From NCBI RefSeq assembly GCF_004010195.1, contig NC_057758.1:3634850-3675298 (forward strand): DNA of 40,449 bases, in the 5' to 3' direction. This DNA is from Chiloscyllium plagiosum. Lineage: Eukaryota. Position 1 is the stretch's first letter. The number at the start of each line of letters is the position of its first letter. Below the pieces are notes generated by a model, which worked only from the letters and a program-made list of their open reading frames with translations, did not search any database and was not told the DNA's origin. The translations under genes and the position numbers were made by a program. This document shows positions 23,816 through 35,600 of the stretch, piece after piece.

Positions 23816-24723
23816 TTACCAGAGTGACAATCTTCATCCTGCTTCATAAAGATTGTGGATTGTCCTCCTGTGTCAGTCGTTACCTGGGGGCCATGGCAGT
23901 GGCGGATCTACTGGTCATTATCCTCGATCTGATATTGAGACACATTCCCATTGTTTATTGGGAAGAGTTTACTTTCCTGTGGTACATCCATGTGTGTAAT
24001 ATCCACGCCGTCCTGCTTTATGCAGCAACTGACTGTTCTGTCTGGTTCACAGTCACTTTCACCTTTGATCGGTTTGTAGCCATTTGTTGCCAGAACCTGA
24101 AAAGGAAATATTGCAGTGAGAAAACGGCGGTTGTGGTTCTTGGAACAGTGACTGTGCTAAGCTGCTTAAAGAACATTTTCTGGTATTTCATGCTGTCAGG
24201 GCTGTATAATCTGGATAACATCCCCTGGTTTTGTCACATAACAAGCAGTGTTCAATCCTCTCGTGTCTGGACTGCAATCGAATTCCTCCATCACGTACTA
24301 AACCCGGCTCTTCCATTTCTCCTGATTGTACTCCTCAATATTTTCACCGTCAAACACATTTTAGTGACCAGCAGAGCCCGCAAGAGACTGCGTGCTCACA
24401 CAAATGGGGACGGTCAGTGTGACACAGAAATGCGAAATCGACAAAGATCCATAATTTTGCTGTTTGTAATCTCGGGCAATTTCATCTTGTTATGGTCAAT
24501 GCTGATGGTGTATTCTATATGGAACCGGATGTGGTATTTAGGGTATAGGTCTGTGTTTGTCTATCCATTTGTGCAGGAATTAGGCTTCATGCTGCAGCTC
24601 CTCAGTTGCTGCACAAACACAGCGATATATGCTGTGACCCAGAAAAAGTTCAGACAGCAGTTAAAGAATGTGCTGAAGTATCCCTTTATCCAAATTCATA
24701 AATCAATCCAATTCACTCATTAA
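23816..24723 (+). CDS. Exon 2 of the GPR139/GPR142-like GPCR (rest of TM1 through TM7 and C-tail); spliced protein 362 aa
   Basis: Polypyrimidine tract and acceptor tttctttgtttactttccttacAG|TT (AG at 23814-23815). Exon 1 C + TT gives Leu, in frame with the 308-aa ORF. Class A motifs: TM2 AVADLL, TM3 VCN...SVWFTVTFTFDRFVAIC, ECL2 Cys (WFC), TM5 NPALPF, TM6 FILLW, TM7 SCCTNTAIY, helix 8 KKFRQQL. No frameshift or internal stop. Family assignment is by motif recognition, not by search; it is probably a lineage-specific paralog rather than the GPR139 ortholog. Confidence 0.92.
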
Positions 24724-24938
24724 TTAATCAATTTAGGATTTTCATATTTGAATTCAATGTTTCAGCAGTTCAGCAGCTTGTCAATATGGTAATAGACTGA
24801 GGACAGTACTGGTTTGTCCATCCTTATGCTCTGACAGGTGATTACAGGGGTATATCTCAGCGTTTCTCTCAACTGAGGGGCCAGCCAGACAAGGCACTGC
24901 TCTCACCTGACTGTATCCATAACTTCAATTCTTAACTG

Positions 24939-24956
24939 ATTAAAACGTTCATTAAA
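24939..24956 (+). promoter_or_regulatory. Candidate polyadenylation signals of the GPCR gene
   Basis: Two ATTAAA hexamers (24939-24944, 24951-24956) about 220 nt after the stop, followed by a GT/T-rich stretch (agagtttgtcttttcttt). Confidence 0.4.
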
Positions 24957-25339
24957 AAGTGTTAAGCAGTAGAGTTTGTCTTTTCTTTGAAGAAGCTGAG
25001 CTGGAGATTCTAACCCATGTCCTTGTCATCCGAGAAGGGGATGGAACCGGAGGGGACAGAAGAATTCTGTTTAAGTCATTTTGTCCTTGCTTTCACGTCT
25101 GTGTTAAACACCCCGTCCTGGCCTCAGCAGAATTCAACTTTCTCTCTGTTCCCCTCCATTCGTATCATTCTCCCATCCTCGCAATTTCTCTCATTTGTAC
25201 TCACTGCACCTCTTATTTTGTAATTGCTGTTCACTGTATCTCCCTCCCCCATTCTCATTCACTGTCTCTTCGTCTTGCTCTCCCTGTACCTACTCTATTC
25301 TCTCTCTTTCAAATCCTGTCCACCTCGAACTCCCTCTTA

Positions 25340-27130
25340 GCTTCTGTTGCTGGAGAAACAGGGTGCGTTTACGTTCGCAATCTGTTGTTTGGGGAAAAGA
25401 ACGGGATGCAGATATAGAGTGTGGGGTTTTGGCAGAATGCAATTGCTCGTGGACTCTGTATGTGTGACCAATGACTGTTACTAGGGCAAAGGGTGAGCGT
25501 CGGACAATATTCCCGTGAATGCAACACATTGTGTGCAACTACTGTTTGTTGCTGTGGAAACAGAATGGTTATAAGTTCACAGGCAGTTTCTACTGGGTTA
25601 GAGTGAAGATGTTTTCAGAGGCGGTTGCTCGGGGAATCAAGCAGGGACGTGCTCAAATTAGGAATGCAACTGTTATGGGAAAAGTATATATGTGGAACAA
25701 CTTGGCTTTCATAGGTGTTCACGGAGATGGTTTCGACAATGGACTCTTCCAAGGGAAAATTATGTGGAAGTGGACAAAACCTGTTGTTAATGCAACAGTG
25801 CAGTGGTGGTCCAGCTGCCAGTTATTAGGGAAAGAAAAGCAGGTTTAGGATCATGAACCCTTGTCAGAGAAACAGTGTGGTGGTGGGGCTGACGGATGTT
25901 GTCTTTGGAAGAATGTGGGATGGGTCCACATTCCGTTGCCAGGGGAAAATAATTGGTGTTCGACCAGTGTCCTTTGCTGGGGGCAGAGTGCCTATGTGCA
26001 CAAAGGCCGTTGCTTGGAGAAAGGGTTGGGGAAATGTGGACAGCCGATTGTTGGGTGAATAGAATGATTAATGGGTCACAGGCCTATCTGGAACAGATTA
26101 GGTACAGATTCCCAGGCCATTGCTGACAGGAAAGCAAGGTAGTGAGAGCATAAACATTGCAAAGGATAACAGAGGGATCTGATGACGTTGGGTGTTCATG
26201 TGGGATCAGAGTAGCGGTGCAACAATTGCTAGTTGCTCGGCAATCGAAATGGATATATGACCACAAGTGGAATAGAAAGGTGATGGATCCAGCAGTCTTT
26301 GCTAAGAGAGAAGATTAGATGCAGAATCACTGACTGGTGTTTCAAGAACAGGTTGTGGGTAGGTCCACAGTCCGTTGCTTGCGGAAGAGAGTGAGCGTGA
26401 GAATGCAGTCTGTTGCTTGGGGAGCAGCGTGGAAACATTGCAACAAGCCTTTGCTCAGGGAACAGAGAGAGTGTTTGGCTGGAGACCATTGTAAAGCAAA
26501 ACGGTCGTCGTTTAAGCCTCCTTCTGTGTCCAGGGGAACACTGTGTTTGCGGGGTCATATACTGATGCTGTGTGAAAGGTGGGTCAGGTGGTTTCAAAGG
26601 CTTTGCATTGGAATAGTGTGGGTGCATTGCCACAATCCTTTCTGAAGGAGGAAGTGTGGGTGGAATCAGAGCCGACTGCACAGGCTGTGGTGCTGCAGGC
26701 CTCTGCTTGGGAAAAGGTTGAGAACAGGCCACGGTCTGTTGCTCGTTTAGCAGAATCGGAAGGGTCTGCAGGTATATAGCCTGAGAACCGAGTCGGGTTG
26801 GACTACTGAGCTTTCCTTGGGGAAAGTAAGGGAGTGGAACCATTGATCATTGATAAGGGACAGAGTACAGATGCTACACTGGCCAATTCTGAGGGAACAG
26901 ATTTTCTATGTGACTATTATGCTACTGTGGGAACAGAGTGGTAGGGTTACAGACCTTTGCTAGGGGAACAATGTGTGTGGGACAACTGACTGTTGCTATG
27001 GCAAGTTAGAGGGGGTGGAGTAGGAAGCCATTGATATCGGACTAATTATGTGGTAGGCCAAAGGTCCATTCCCAGAGGATTAGAGGGGGTAGTGTGACCG
27101 GCCATTGCTCGCAGAACAGAGTAGGCTTTG
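25340..27130. repeat. Degenerate G-rich minisatellite, unit about 36-40 bp
   Basis: Recurring variants of GxCxGTTGCTxGGGAAACAGAGTGxGGGTGGxxCCAC, clearest at 25850-26060, 26340-26480 and 26860-27130. Confidence 0.65.
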
Positions 27131-27569
27131 GATGAGATAACTCCACAGATTTCATCATTCCCAGATAGTTGGCACAAAAAAAGAACCAGACCAATGCTGC
27201 CCTTTGGTGAGAATTTCTACCATGCTCACCTGATATCCACACATATACAGAAATTCAAGGCGTTGTTCCTTCATTTTAGCCTTGATATGTTTCAGAGCAT
27301 TGTTAGATATTTAGATGATGATTCTAGCCTTACATCCAAAAACAGCAAGAAACGTTTATATCTATCCCAGTGCTTTGTATTATTGCCTCAAAACTTCAAT
27401 TCTATCCCACCCTTAAAATAATGCAACCGTGGGTTTGTGTCATTTTACTGCCTTGCCATTGAATATTTGCTGTCCATCCACCATTCTGGTTTATCAACAT
27501 TGAACTGACTTGAGCAAGTTCTCCCAAGTCTACATTCTTTCTTGCCTTTCCCTGTTTATAAGATGAGTG

Positions 27570-28055
27570 AGACTAGGTTTATCGGGCTGTTTCAAGGCAC
27601 GTTGGAATGAAGTATGTAGAAAGATTGGTCAGGTTAGGATTATTTTCACTGGAGTTCAGTGAGTGAGGGAGAGTATAATAAAGTCCTTTAAAGTTTCTAA
27701 CATGACGAGACAGGGCAGATGCAGGGAGGCTGTTCCTAATGGTGCATATGCCCAGATCCAGGGTTTTACTGTCTGAGGATTCGAGGTGAGACATTTATGA
27801 TTGAGATGAGGAGACATTTCATCAACCAAATAATGGTGGGCCACTGCATTTCCTTATCACAGGAAGTATTTGATGCCAGAACAGTGTCTGTTTTCAAGAG
27901 GCGGTTAGATGTAGCACTTAGTGCAAATGGGCTGAAAGGTTATGTGGAGAAATGAAGGGTCAGGCTATTGAGCTGGAAGATAAGTAACGGACGTGATGAA
28001 TAACGGTGACAGTTGGAAAGGCCGTATTGCCTCCTCGTGCTCCTATCTTCTATTT
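27570..28055 (+). mobile_element. Decayed CR1 LINE 3' fragment
   Basis: gaaagattggtcaggttaggattattttcactggag, gagatgaggagacatttc, tail ggccgtattgcctcctcgtgctcctatcttctat. Confidence 0.7.
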
Positions 28056-28774
28056 TCCTCTGATATCAGTGTTGTGCTACCATAAAATGGCTGCTATGAC
28101 TATCTTTAAATAGTTGACTGACACCTTCTAATTACTTGTCCTGGTTTGCAGATTAAAACGCACTTTATTTTTTGTATGTCTCTCAGCCTCCTACAGATAA
28201 ATCACAGCGAGATGTGAACTGGTTCTGGATTTTAGAATTAGAAGGGACAATATAAACTCAATATTAAAGATTTAAACTGGGTGAAGGAACAGAGAAGCCT
28301 TCAATTTGGTTGTGTAAATCTGACAGCACTCGTGAGAGGCAAATGTGACAAAAGGTGTTTTCATTCAGACATTCCTGCCTTGCAAACATATCAGTCTGAA
28401 ATGGAGAAGCAGGATATGTAGAACTCTTAGAAATAATGTGCAAGTTTTGATTGATAAAGATAAAAATTCCTGAATATGTTTGAAGTTACTGCACTGAGAA
28501 AATTATACGTTTCAGCAGATCCTGCTTACTTCTCAAGCTTCAAACAGACAGAGCGACATACATGTACAAAACGTGACATTTCAGGTCATCCACTGAATAA
28601 TAGGTGTGGAACCTTGTTCAGGATCTGTCTCAGCATTTACCTCGTCTCCGCCTTGTTTTATGCAGAAAACATAATTTTATCAAAAAAAAACACATTTGCT
28701 TCAAATGTTCTGCATTTAAAAGGAAGCAGAATTGCCAATAAACAAATTCCTGGAGCTTCCAGTCCAATTTAGGA

Positions 28775-29945
28775 AGTGGACGTGACAGTGAGGGATCGAA
28801 TGTGACTGTGAGCGAGCGGCTGTAACTGAGTGAGACAGTGAGGGATAGAGTATGACTGTAAGGAACTGAGCTAGAGAGTGCGATATTCAGTGCGAAATGG
28901 AGGGAGTGACTGAGACTGAAGGAGTGAGTGATACTGTGAGTGTGAATCCGGCTGTGAGTGAGTGCAACACTGAAGGAGTCAGTTTGACATTGGGGGTTGA
29001 GAGCAACGGTGGAGGAGTGAGTGTGACAATGTGGAAGTGGCGACACTGTGAGGGAATGAGAATGGGAGCGACATAATCAGGTTGACAGCGAGAAAGTCAT
29101 TATGACAGTGAGGAAACAGTGAAATTGTGAGGGAGTGAGACTGTGTCAGAATCAGTGAGATAGTGAGGAAGTGACTTTGAGGGAGTCAGTTTGTCTGCGA
29201 GGGAGTCAGTGTGAAGGCGGTAAAGTCAGCGTGACTATGAGGGCGTCAGTGCATCTGCAATAATTTCGGGATGCCTGTGAGAGTGTCAGTGCTTTTCCGA
29301 GGAGTCGGTGTTCCTGTGAGGGAAAAAGTGTGACTGTGAGGAAGTCAGTGTGATTGTGAGGAATTCAGTGTAACATAACTGTTAGAGATTCAATGTATCT
29401 GAGAGTGACTCGGTGCGATTATGGTGCAGTCAGTGAATCGAGGGAGTCATACTCTCTACGAGGGAGTCATTGTGTCTGTGAGGGTATCGGTGTGTCTGTG
29501 CGCAATTCAGTTTGTCTCTGAACAAGTAAGAGAGGCACATCGAGAACAAAGTGTGAGGGAGAAAGTGTGAGGGTGAGTGCGTGAGAGAGTGCGAGGGACA
29601 GTGTGTGAGACAGAGAGCATGTGACTGTGTGACAAAGTTTGAGGGATAATGTGTGTGGGAGATGCTTTTTTAGTGTCTCTGTGTGTTAGAGACAGTGTCT
29701 ATGTGTGTGTTTAAGAATGCTAGTACGTAAATGTGTGCATGTGTGTGAGAAAGGGAGAAAGAGAGGGAGAGAGTTTAAGGGAGTTAGTCATTGTTTGTAT
29801 TTGACTGAGAGAGTGCTCTGAGTGCGTGAAATTATGTGTGAGATTGATTGACTGTGGGTGATGGTGAGTGTGTAATAATGCACACGTATGAGTGTGACTG
29901 CATGCAGACAGTGTCACCGAGAGACTGGGAGAGCGAGACTCTCTC
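28775..29945. repeat. Degenerate GTGA-rich low-complexity array (about 20-bp unit GAGGGAGTCAGTGTGACTGT in the centre)
   Basis: Repeated gagggagtcagt..tgtga units at 29170-29500, with (GA/GT)-rich flanks. Confidence 0.75.
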
Positions 29946-30739
29946 AAAGGATACTCAATAGTGGGGAAAATCTCAACTAGAGAGATTCCTAACAAGACAT
30001 CCTTTTGTACCTGATACAATCTGTTGGCATCTCCACGCTGCCTCCACCGTCATGTAAATTTGTGACAACATTAATCCTTCTGGGCAATAATGTTTCATAC
30101 TTCCGCATTACTTTTAACAGAAACATTCATTTGTTTCTCTATTCTTTCTATAAACATGAATCATATTTTACCATGTGATACTCCATCTCCGAATTCTTTC
30201 AATATAATTCGTACGACATAGACTGCAACGTAGACGCTATGATTGAATGCAATGAACTGTACTCTCAGTACTTTCATTTTTTCAACTTCAAAATATCCAG
30301 TCGGAAAACTGCCATCTGTCATGGATACCACTTTATGAGTCTGGAAGTTTGGACTCAGCATGGAAAGAGACTTTGAACCTGTCACTGAGTTCGTTTGGAA
30401 ATCGCTGCTGCACAGGGATGTCTGTTCACACTATGCGATTTGACATTTACTTTTCCAATAAGTGAACATGTCCACAGCAAGTTACAGCCTCTTCGGTTGC
30501 CCTCACACTTTCTTTTCCAACCAACATGTGTCTTGTCAGTGAATGTAGGGGCAGTGCACTTGTTTCATTTGGCAAAATAATTGACAGTGTTTGGAAATGA
30601 CTGTGGCTTTAACAGACACGCTTCGAGAAACCACCACGAGTACCAGTTCAGAAAGCTGGAAATAAACCACTGAGTTGGAGGAAATGCAGAGGCATGTGAC
30701 CGAGGGCAATTTGGCAGTTTGGATTGGAAACTGGATTTT

Positions 30740-31765
30740 GAAAAAATGCAGCAAGTTGTAGTTGATGTGAAATATTCAACCTGAAGTCTACGTATTAGTG
30801 GGGTATGACATAGAATTGTTTTGGGACCGATGTTGTTTGTTATTTTTTATAAATGACTTAGACGCAGGCATAGGTGGATGGGTTAGTAAGTTTGCAGATA
30901 ACACTAAAGGCTGTGGAGTAGTGGACAGTGTGGAAGAATTTTGCAGATTGCAGGGGGACTTGGATAAATGGGCTGCAGAATTGGGCTGAGAATTGACAAA
31001 TAAAGTTCAATGCGGCTAAATGTGAGGTGAATCACTTGGGATGAATAACAAAAAGACAGAAAACTAGGTCAATGGAAAGATTCTTGGTAATGTGGATGTG
31101 CAGAGGGATCTTGGCGTCCATGTACAAAGATCCCTGAAGTTTACCATCCAGATTGACCGTGCTGTCAAGAAGAGATACGGTGTGTCAGGCTTTATTGGAA
31201 GAGGGATTGAGATGCGGAGCTGTAATGTCATGCTAAAACTATCCAAAACGCTCGAGCGGCTTCACTTGGAACGTTGTGTACGTTTCTGGTCGCCCCATTC
31301 CAAAAAGGGTGTGGAAGCATTGGAAAAGGAGCTAAGGAGATTTACCAGGATGTTAACTAGTCTGGGGGTAGATCTTATGAGAAAAATCTGTTCTCATTGG
31401 AAAGAAGAAGGGTAAGAGGCGATTTGATAGAGAGATACAAGATCATCAGTGGATTAGATAGGGTAGACCGTGAAAGAATTTTTTTCTAGTCAAATGATGT
31501 CAGCTTGCAATTTGAGGGGTTATAGATTTCAGACAGATGTCAGAGTCAGGTTCTGTACTCAGAGTGGTCAGGCCGTCGAATACCTTGCCTGCCAATGTAG
31601 TTTAATCAGCCAAATGATTAAGTTTTAAACAGACCTTAGATAAGCACATGGATGATGATGGGGTATGATAGGGGGGATGAGCATAGATTACATCACATGT
31701 TGGTGTAACATTGAGGGCCGAAAGCGCTGTTCTGCGCTCTATTGTTCTATGTTCTATGTTTTATG
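30740..31765 (+). mobile_element. CR1 LINE RT domain through 3' tail
   Basis: ORFs 30798-30989 (FINDLDAGIGGWVSKFADNTK..LQGDLD) and 31092-31415 (QRDLGVHVQRSLK..CVRFWSPH..RFTRML). Tail gagggccgaaagc..(TTCTATG)n. Confidence 0.9.
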
Positions 31766-32168
31766 TAAACCTGTTTGCTGTCCACCAGCAAATCCTAAAC
31801 GCTCGAGAACACAGCAAACTAGTGCATGCTTAATGTGGTGCATGGTCTTCCTTAATATTACCATGTTATAGTTTACAGTAAGTGGATTGTCAGACATGGG
31901 AACAGTGTGAGACACAGAGCGGAGCACAGAAACAAGCACAGAGAGACAGAAGGACTGGGGTTGGGGGGGGGAGGGAGTAGAAGCAAATAGCAAGGAATGA
32001 AAGGGAGGAATGTGAGGACTCACAGAGCTGAATAGCTCCCTGAATAACATCACAACATTAAATTTTAATTACAACGTAATTTTCCTAACTTTTAAACTTG
32101 GCAAATGTAAGTATCACTGAAAAATTCTCAGGCCTTTCCAGATTTTTTAAAAATCACTAATGCGATTA

Positions 32169-32668
32169 NNNNNNNNNNNNNNNNNNNNNNNNNNNNNNNN
32201 NNNNNNNNNNNNNNNNNNNNNNNNNNNNNNNNNNNNNNNNNNNNNNNNNNNNNNNNNNNNNNNNNNNNNNNNNNNNNNNNNNNNNNNNNNNNNNNNNNNN
32301 NNNNNNNNNNNNNNNNNNNNNNNNNNNNNNNNNNNNNNNNNNNNNNNNNNNNNNNNNNNNNNNNNNNNNNNNNNNNNNNNNNNNNNNNNNNNNNNNNNNN
32401 NNNNNNNNNNNNNNNNNNNNNNNNNNNNNNNNNNNNNNNNNNNNNNNNNNNNNNNNNNNNNNNNNNNNNNNNNNNNNNNNNNNNNNNNNNNNNNNNNNNN
32501 NNNNNNNNNNNNNNNNNNNNNNNNNNNNNNNNNNNNNNNNNNNNNNNNNNNNNNNNNNNNNNNNNNNNNNNNNNNNNNNNNNNNNNNNNNNNNNNNNNNN
32601 NNNNNNNNNNNNNNNNNNNNNNNNNNNNNNNNNNNNNNNNNNNNNNNNNNNNNNNNNNNNNNNNNNNN
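32169..32668. other. Assembly gap (500 N)
   Basis: Exactly 500 N. A round number suggests a scaffolding placeholder of unknown true size. Confidence 0.98.
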
Positions 32669-35600
32669 CATGTTTGGACAATGTGTTTGAGCATAAATTA
32701 TTGATGGGAAGCAGGCATCGCTCGTAAGGCATTATACATTGTTTCCCTTGAGAAAGTGTTAGTGAGATGACTTCTTGAACAGTTGTTTTCCGTTTTGGAT
32801 AAGAATACTTACAATGTGATCAGTAAGAATCCTAAAACATTGGCACTGAATGAACGCAGACATATTTACAAATAGTGCTGGTGAACGGCTTTTGAAAAGA
32901 ACTTGCACATGCTGTTGTTCCCACGTATATGCCAACCTTGTCATCTCGATGCCCATCAAGGTGAGAGATGCTGTGTGTGGAGTCTTGGTGAATTTCTGCA
33001 GGACACTATGCTGACAGTGCACCTTGTTGCTTCTGCACGTCGGTGGATGACGGTTATCTGTACTTATCCAGACAAATGGGACAGATACAGCAAAAGGGCA
33101 GATGCAGAATAATTCTCACACTGCGTTGCCCCCATCATCTCTCCACAACACGGACAGAATGGGTTTCAAGACAGAATAAAGGTAGGCTTCCATTAGTCTT
33201 TTCTAAATTCAAGGCCATGTTCAGCATGACGTAAGATATTCAACACATCTTGCACACACTGTCAACATCAATCACTGATGGTGAAATACAGGACAGAGGT
33301 AGATACAAGTTAAAGATTCCACTACGGTAGCAACTTCCAAATTTGCATGCCACATTCAACATGATGTATCTTATTATCTAAATCAGAATTACTCTGCCTG
33401 CACAAAACACTCACAGGACAGGTAAGCAATGGGATAAGATACAATGGAAGCACCATCTAAACTGTCCTGCATCAGAAGATTCCAGTCGAAGTTAATCACA
33501 GCATCAGACTCAGATGAAAACTCACTCCTGCGCTGTCCTCAGCGAAAAATGAAGGATAGTTATAACATGAGTTAAATACAGAATAATGCTCATTTTATAA
33601 TGTTACCATCAAACAGCCTTAGGGCAGGTACAGAAACGGTTAGAAACAAGTTAACTTTGCATCTCCGCTGTTGTCTACCAAACAGTGCCAACTCAGTGAC
33701 AGCACACAATTAGTTATGAATTAAATCCCCTTCCCTTTTATAGTAATACTAAATGGAAAATAAGCCGTCTTTATCATTGTGACCATGAAACACTCCAGAA
33801 TAGGAACACCGCAGGTTTAGATGCACCATAAAGCTATTTCTGCACTCGCACCTTTCAAGTTCCCAGGCTATGTTCAATAATAAATTAATTGATCACTGAA
33901 TTACACCACACACTGTCACAATCAAACATTCTCAATATATCTCTCTGTACACTTTCAAAATAAAACGAAAATTCCTTTAACATTTTCCGAGTTAAACTCT
34001 CCCACGATAGACGCAGAAAGTAATTAGATATTGTGCGGTGCCTGTTCTCTGACTTGAAACTGCAAATAAAATTAAAGTTCAATAAAAAAAAGAAAGAAAT
34101 GCAGATGCTCTTATGCAGGCACAAAAATAGACATTGCTGGAAAAGCTCGGCAGATCTGGATGTATATGGTGTGAGAAACCAAATTTAAAGTTTTACACCT
34201 GGTGACCCTTCTTTCAGATCTTTAAATTTGCCTTCTCTCCACAGATGCTGAAAGACTACTCTGGACTGTCCCCATCAAATATTCCAGGAACAGTACTTCA
34301 GTATTTTGCATTACGAGTAAAGATCATTCAATGCAGGCACTTCTCAAATAATAAGGCCATGTTCAGTATGGGGTTCGGTATTGATTAAATCACTGCCATG
34401 TTTTCACTAAAAGCAGTCCCATGACAACTTGGGGTTTTATCCAGAATGTCACACTTATCAAATTTGCAGCCCACGTTAAACATGGGTTATATTCTCAGTA
34501 AATCACTCCACACCTGTCCAGCAGAATCATTGAAGGACAGAAATAACACAGGTTTAGATACAGATTAATACATTCCTTCATTCTGGCCCCATAAAAAAAA
34601 TCCGATGGCAGGGATCCATAAGGTTAATTCCCAATTGAATTTTAATCTTCACTGGCCGTTGCCAAATAGACCACGTTCAGCGTGGTTTAGATATTAATGA
34701 AGATGCTCCCCACACTATCCTCCTCAAAAAATCCCAGGACAGAGACAGCACCGATTTAGAGACAGAGTTACAGATATATAGCGAACCTTCCTCTGCACCG
34801 TCCCCATCAAACAGTATCAGGAAAGGGATAGCACGAGGTGAGATACAGTTACATCGAGCATCCAACTGTCTCCAGTGAAAGACTGAAGGATCTGAGTTGG
34901 AGAAATATTAGGTCCAGCTTCATAGATCAATGTATTACTGTGGTTTTCACAATTACTATTTTATTTCAAAAAATTACGTAATTCACTTACATAAAAAATC
35001 GAATCCGTACATAGTCACAAAAGCAGTTCAGTTCTGTATGGTGACATGTCAAGGGAAGCAAGAGAAAGTGAGGGCTGCTGATGCTGCAGATCAGATTGAA
35101 AGTTTGTGGTGCTGGGAAAGCTGATCAAATGGCGACCAGGGAGCAAGAAATCAACGTTTTGAACACAAGCTCTTCATCATGGATGAGGCTTTCAGGGAAG
35201 CAAACGAACTTGGGATTTTGAATGCACCTAAGAAAGGGCATCACAGACTCATGCAAATGTATATTTGGATGTATTGAGATACTACAGGAGTCTTACGACT
35301 GAACAGACTTCAATTTACTTCGGCAGAAAGAGCTCAGGCAGTGGTCTTTTCCAATTGTGCCTAGTGGCAGATATCCCGATATTTAGTGTCTCCCGCAGCA
35401 CGTACTCCTGGACGTGAAAATGAGCCAGTCTGCAACACTCTGTGGAGTTCAACTCCTTGTTCTGGAAGACGAACAACTTTCGGGCAGAGCAAAGACCGTC
35501 GGTCACCGAGTTGTTAGTCCTCCAGACGGAGCTGTCTCCTTGTGCCCATTGGAGAACAAACCAATGAGCACACAGACCTATCTCACAGTGCTGCTCTGGA

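Noticed and set aside
24959..26843. Long ORFs of 100-204 aa downstream of the receptor
   Set aside because: They lie in CT-rich and minisatellite DNA that is poor in stop codons, with no protein-like features or splice support.
32128..32732. Poly-X ORFs
   Set aside because: Artefacts of the 500-N gap.
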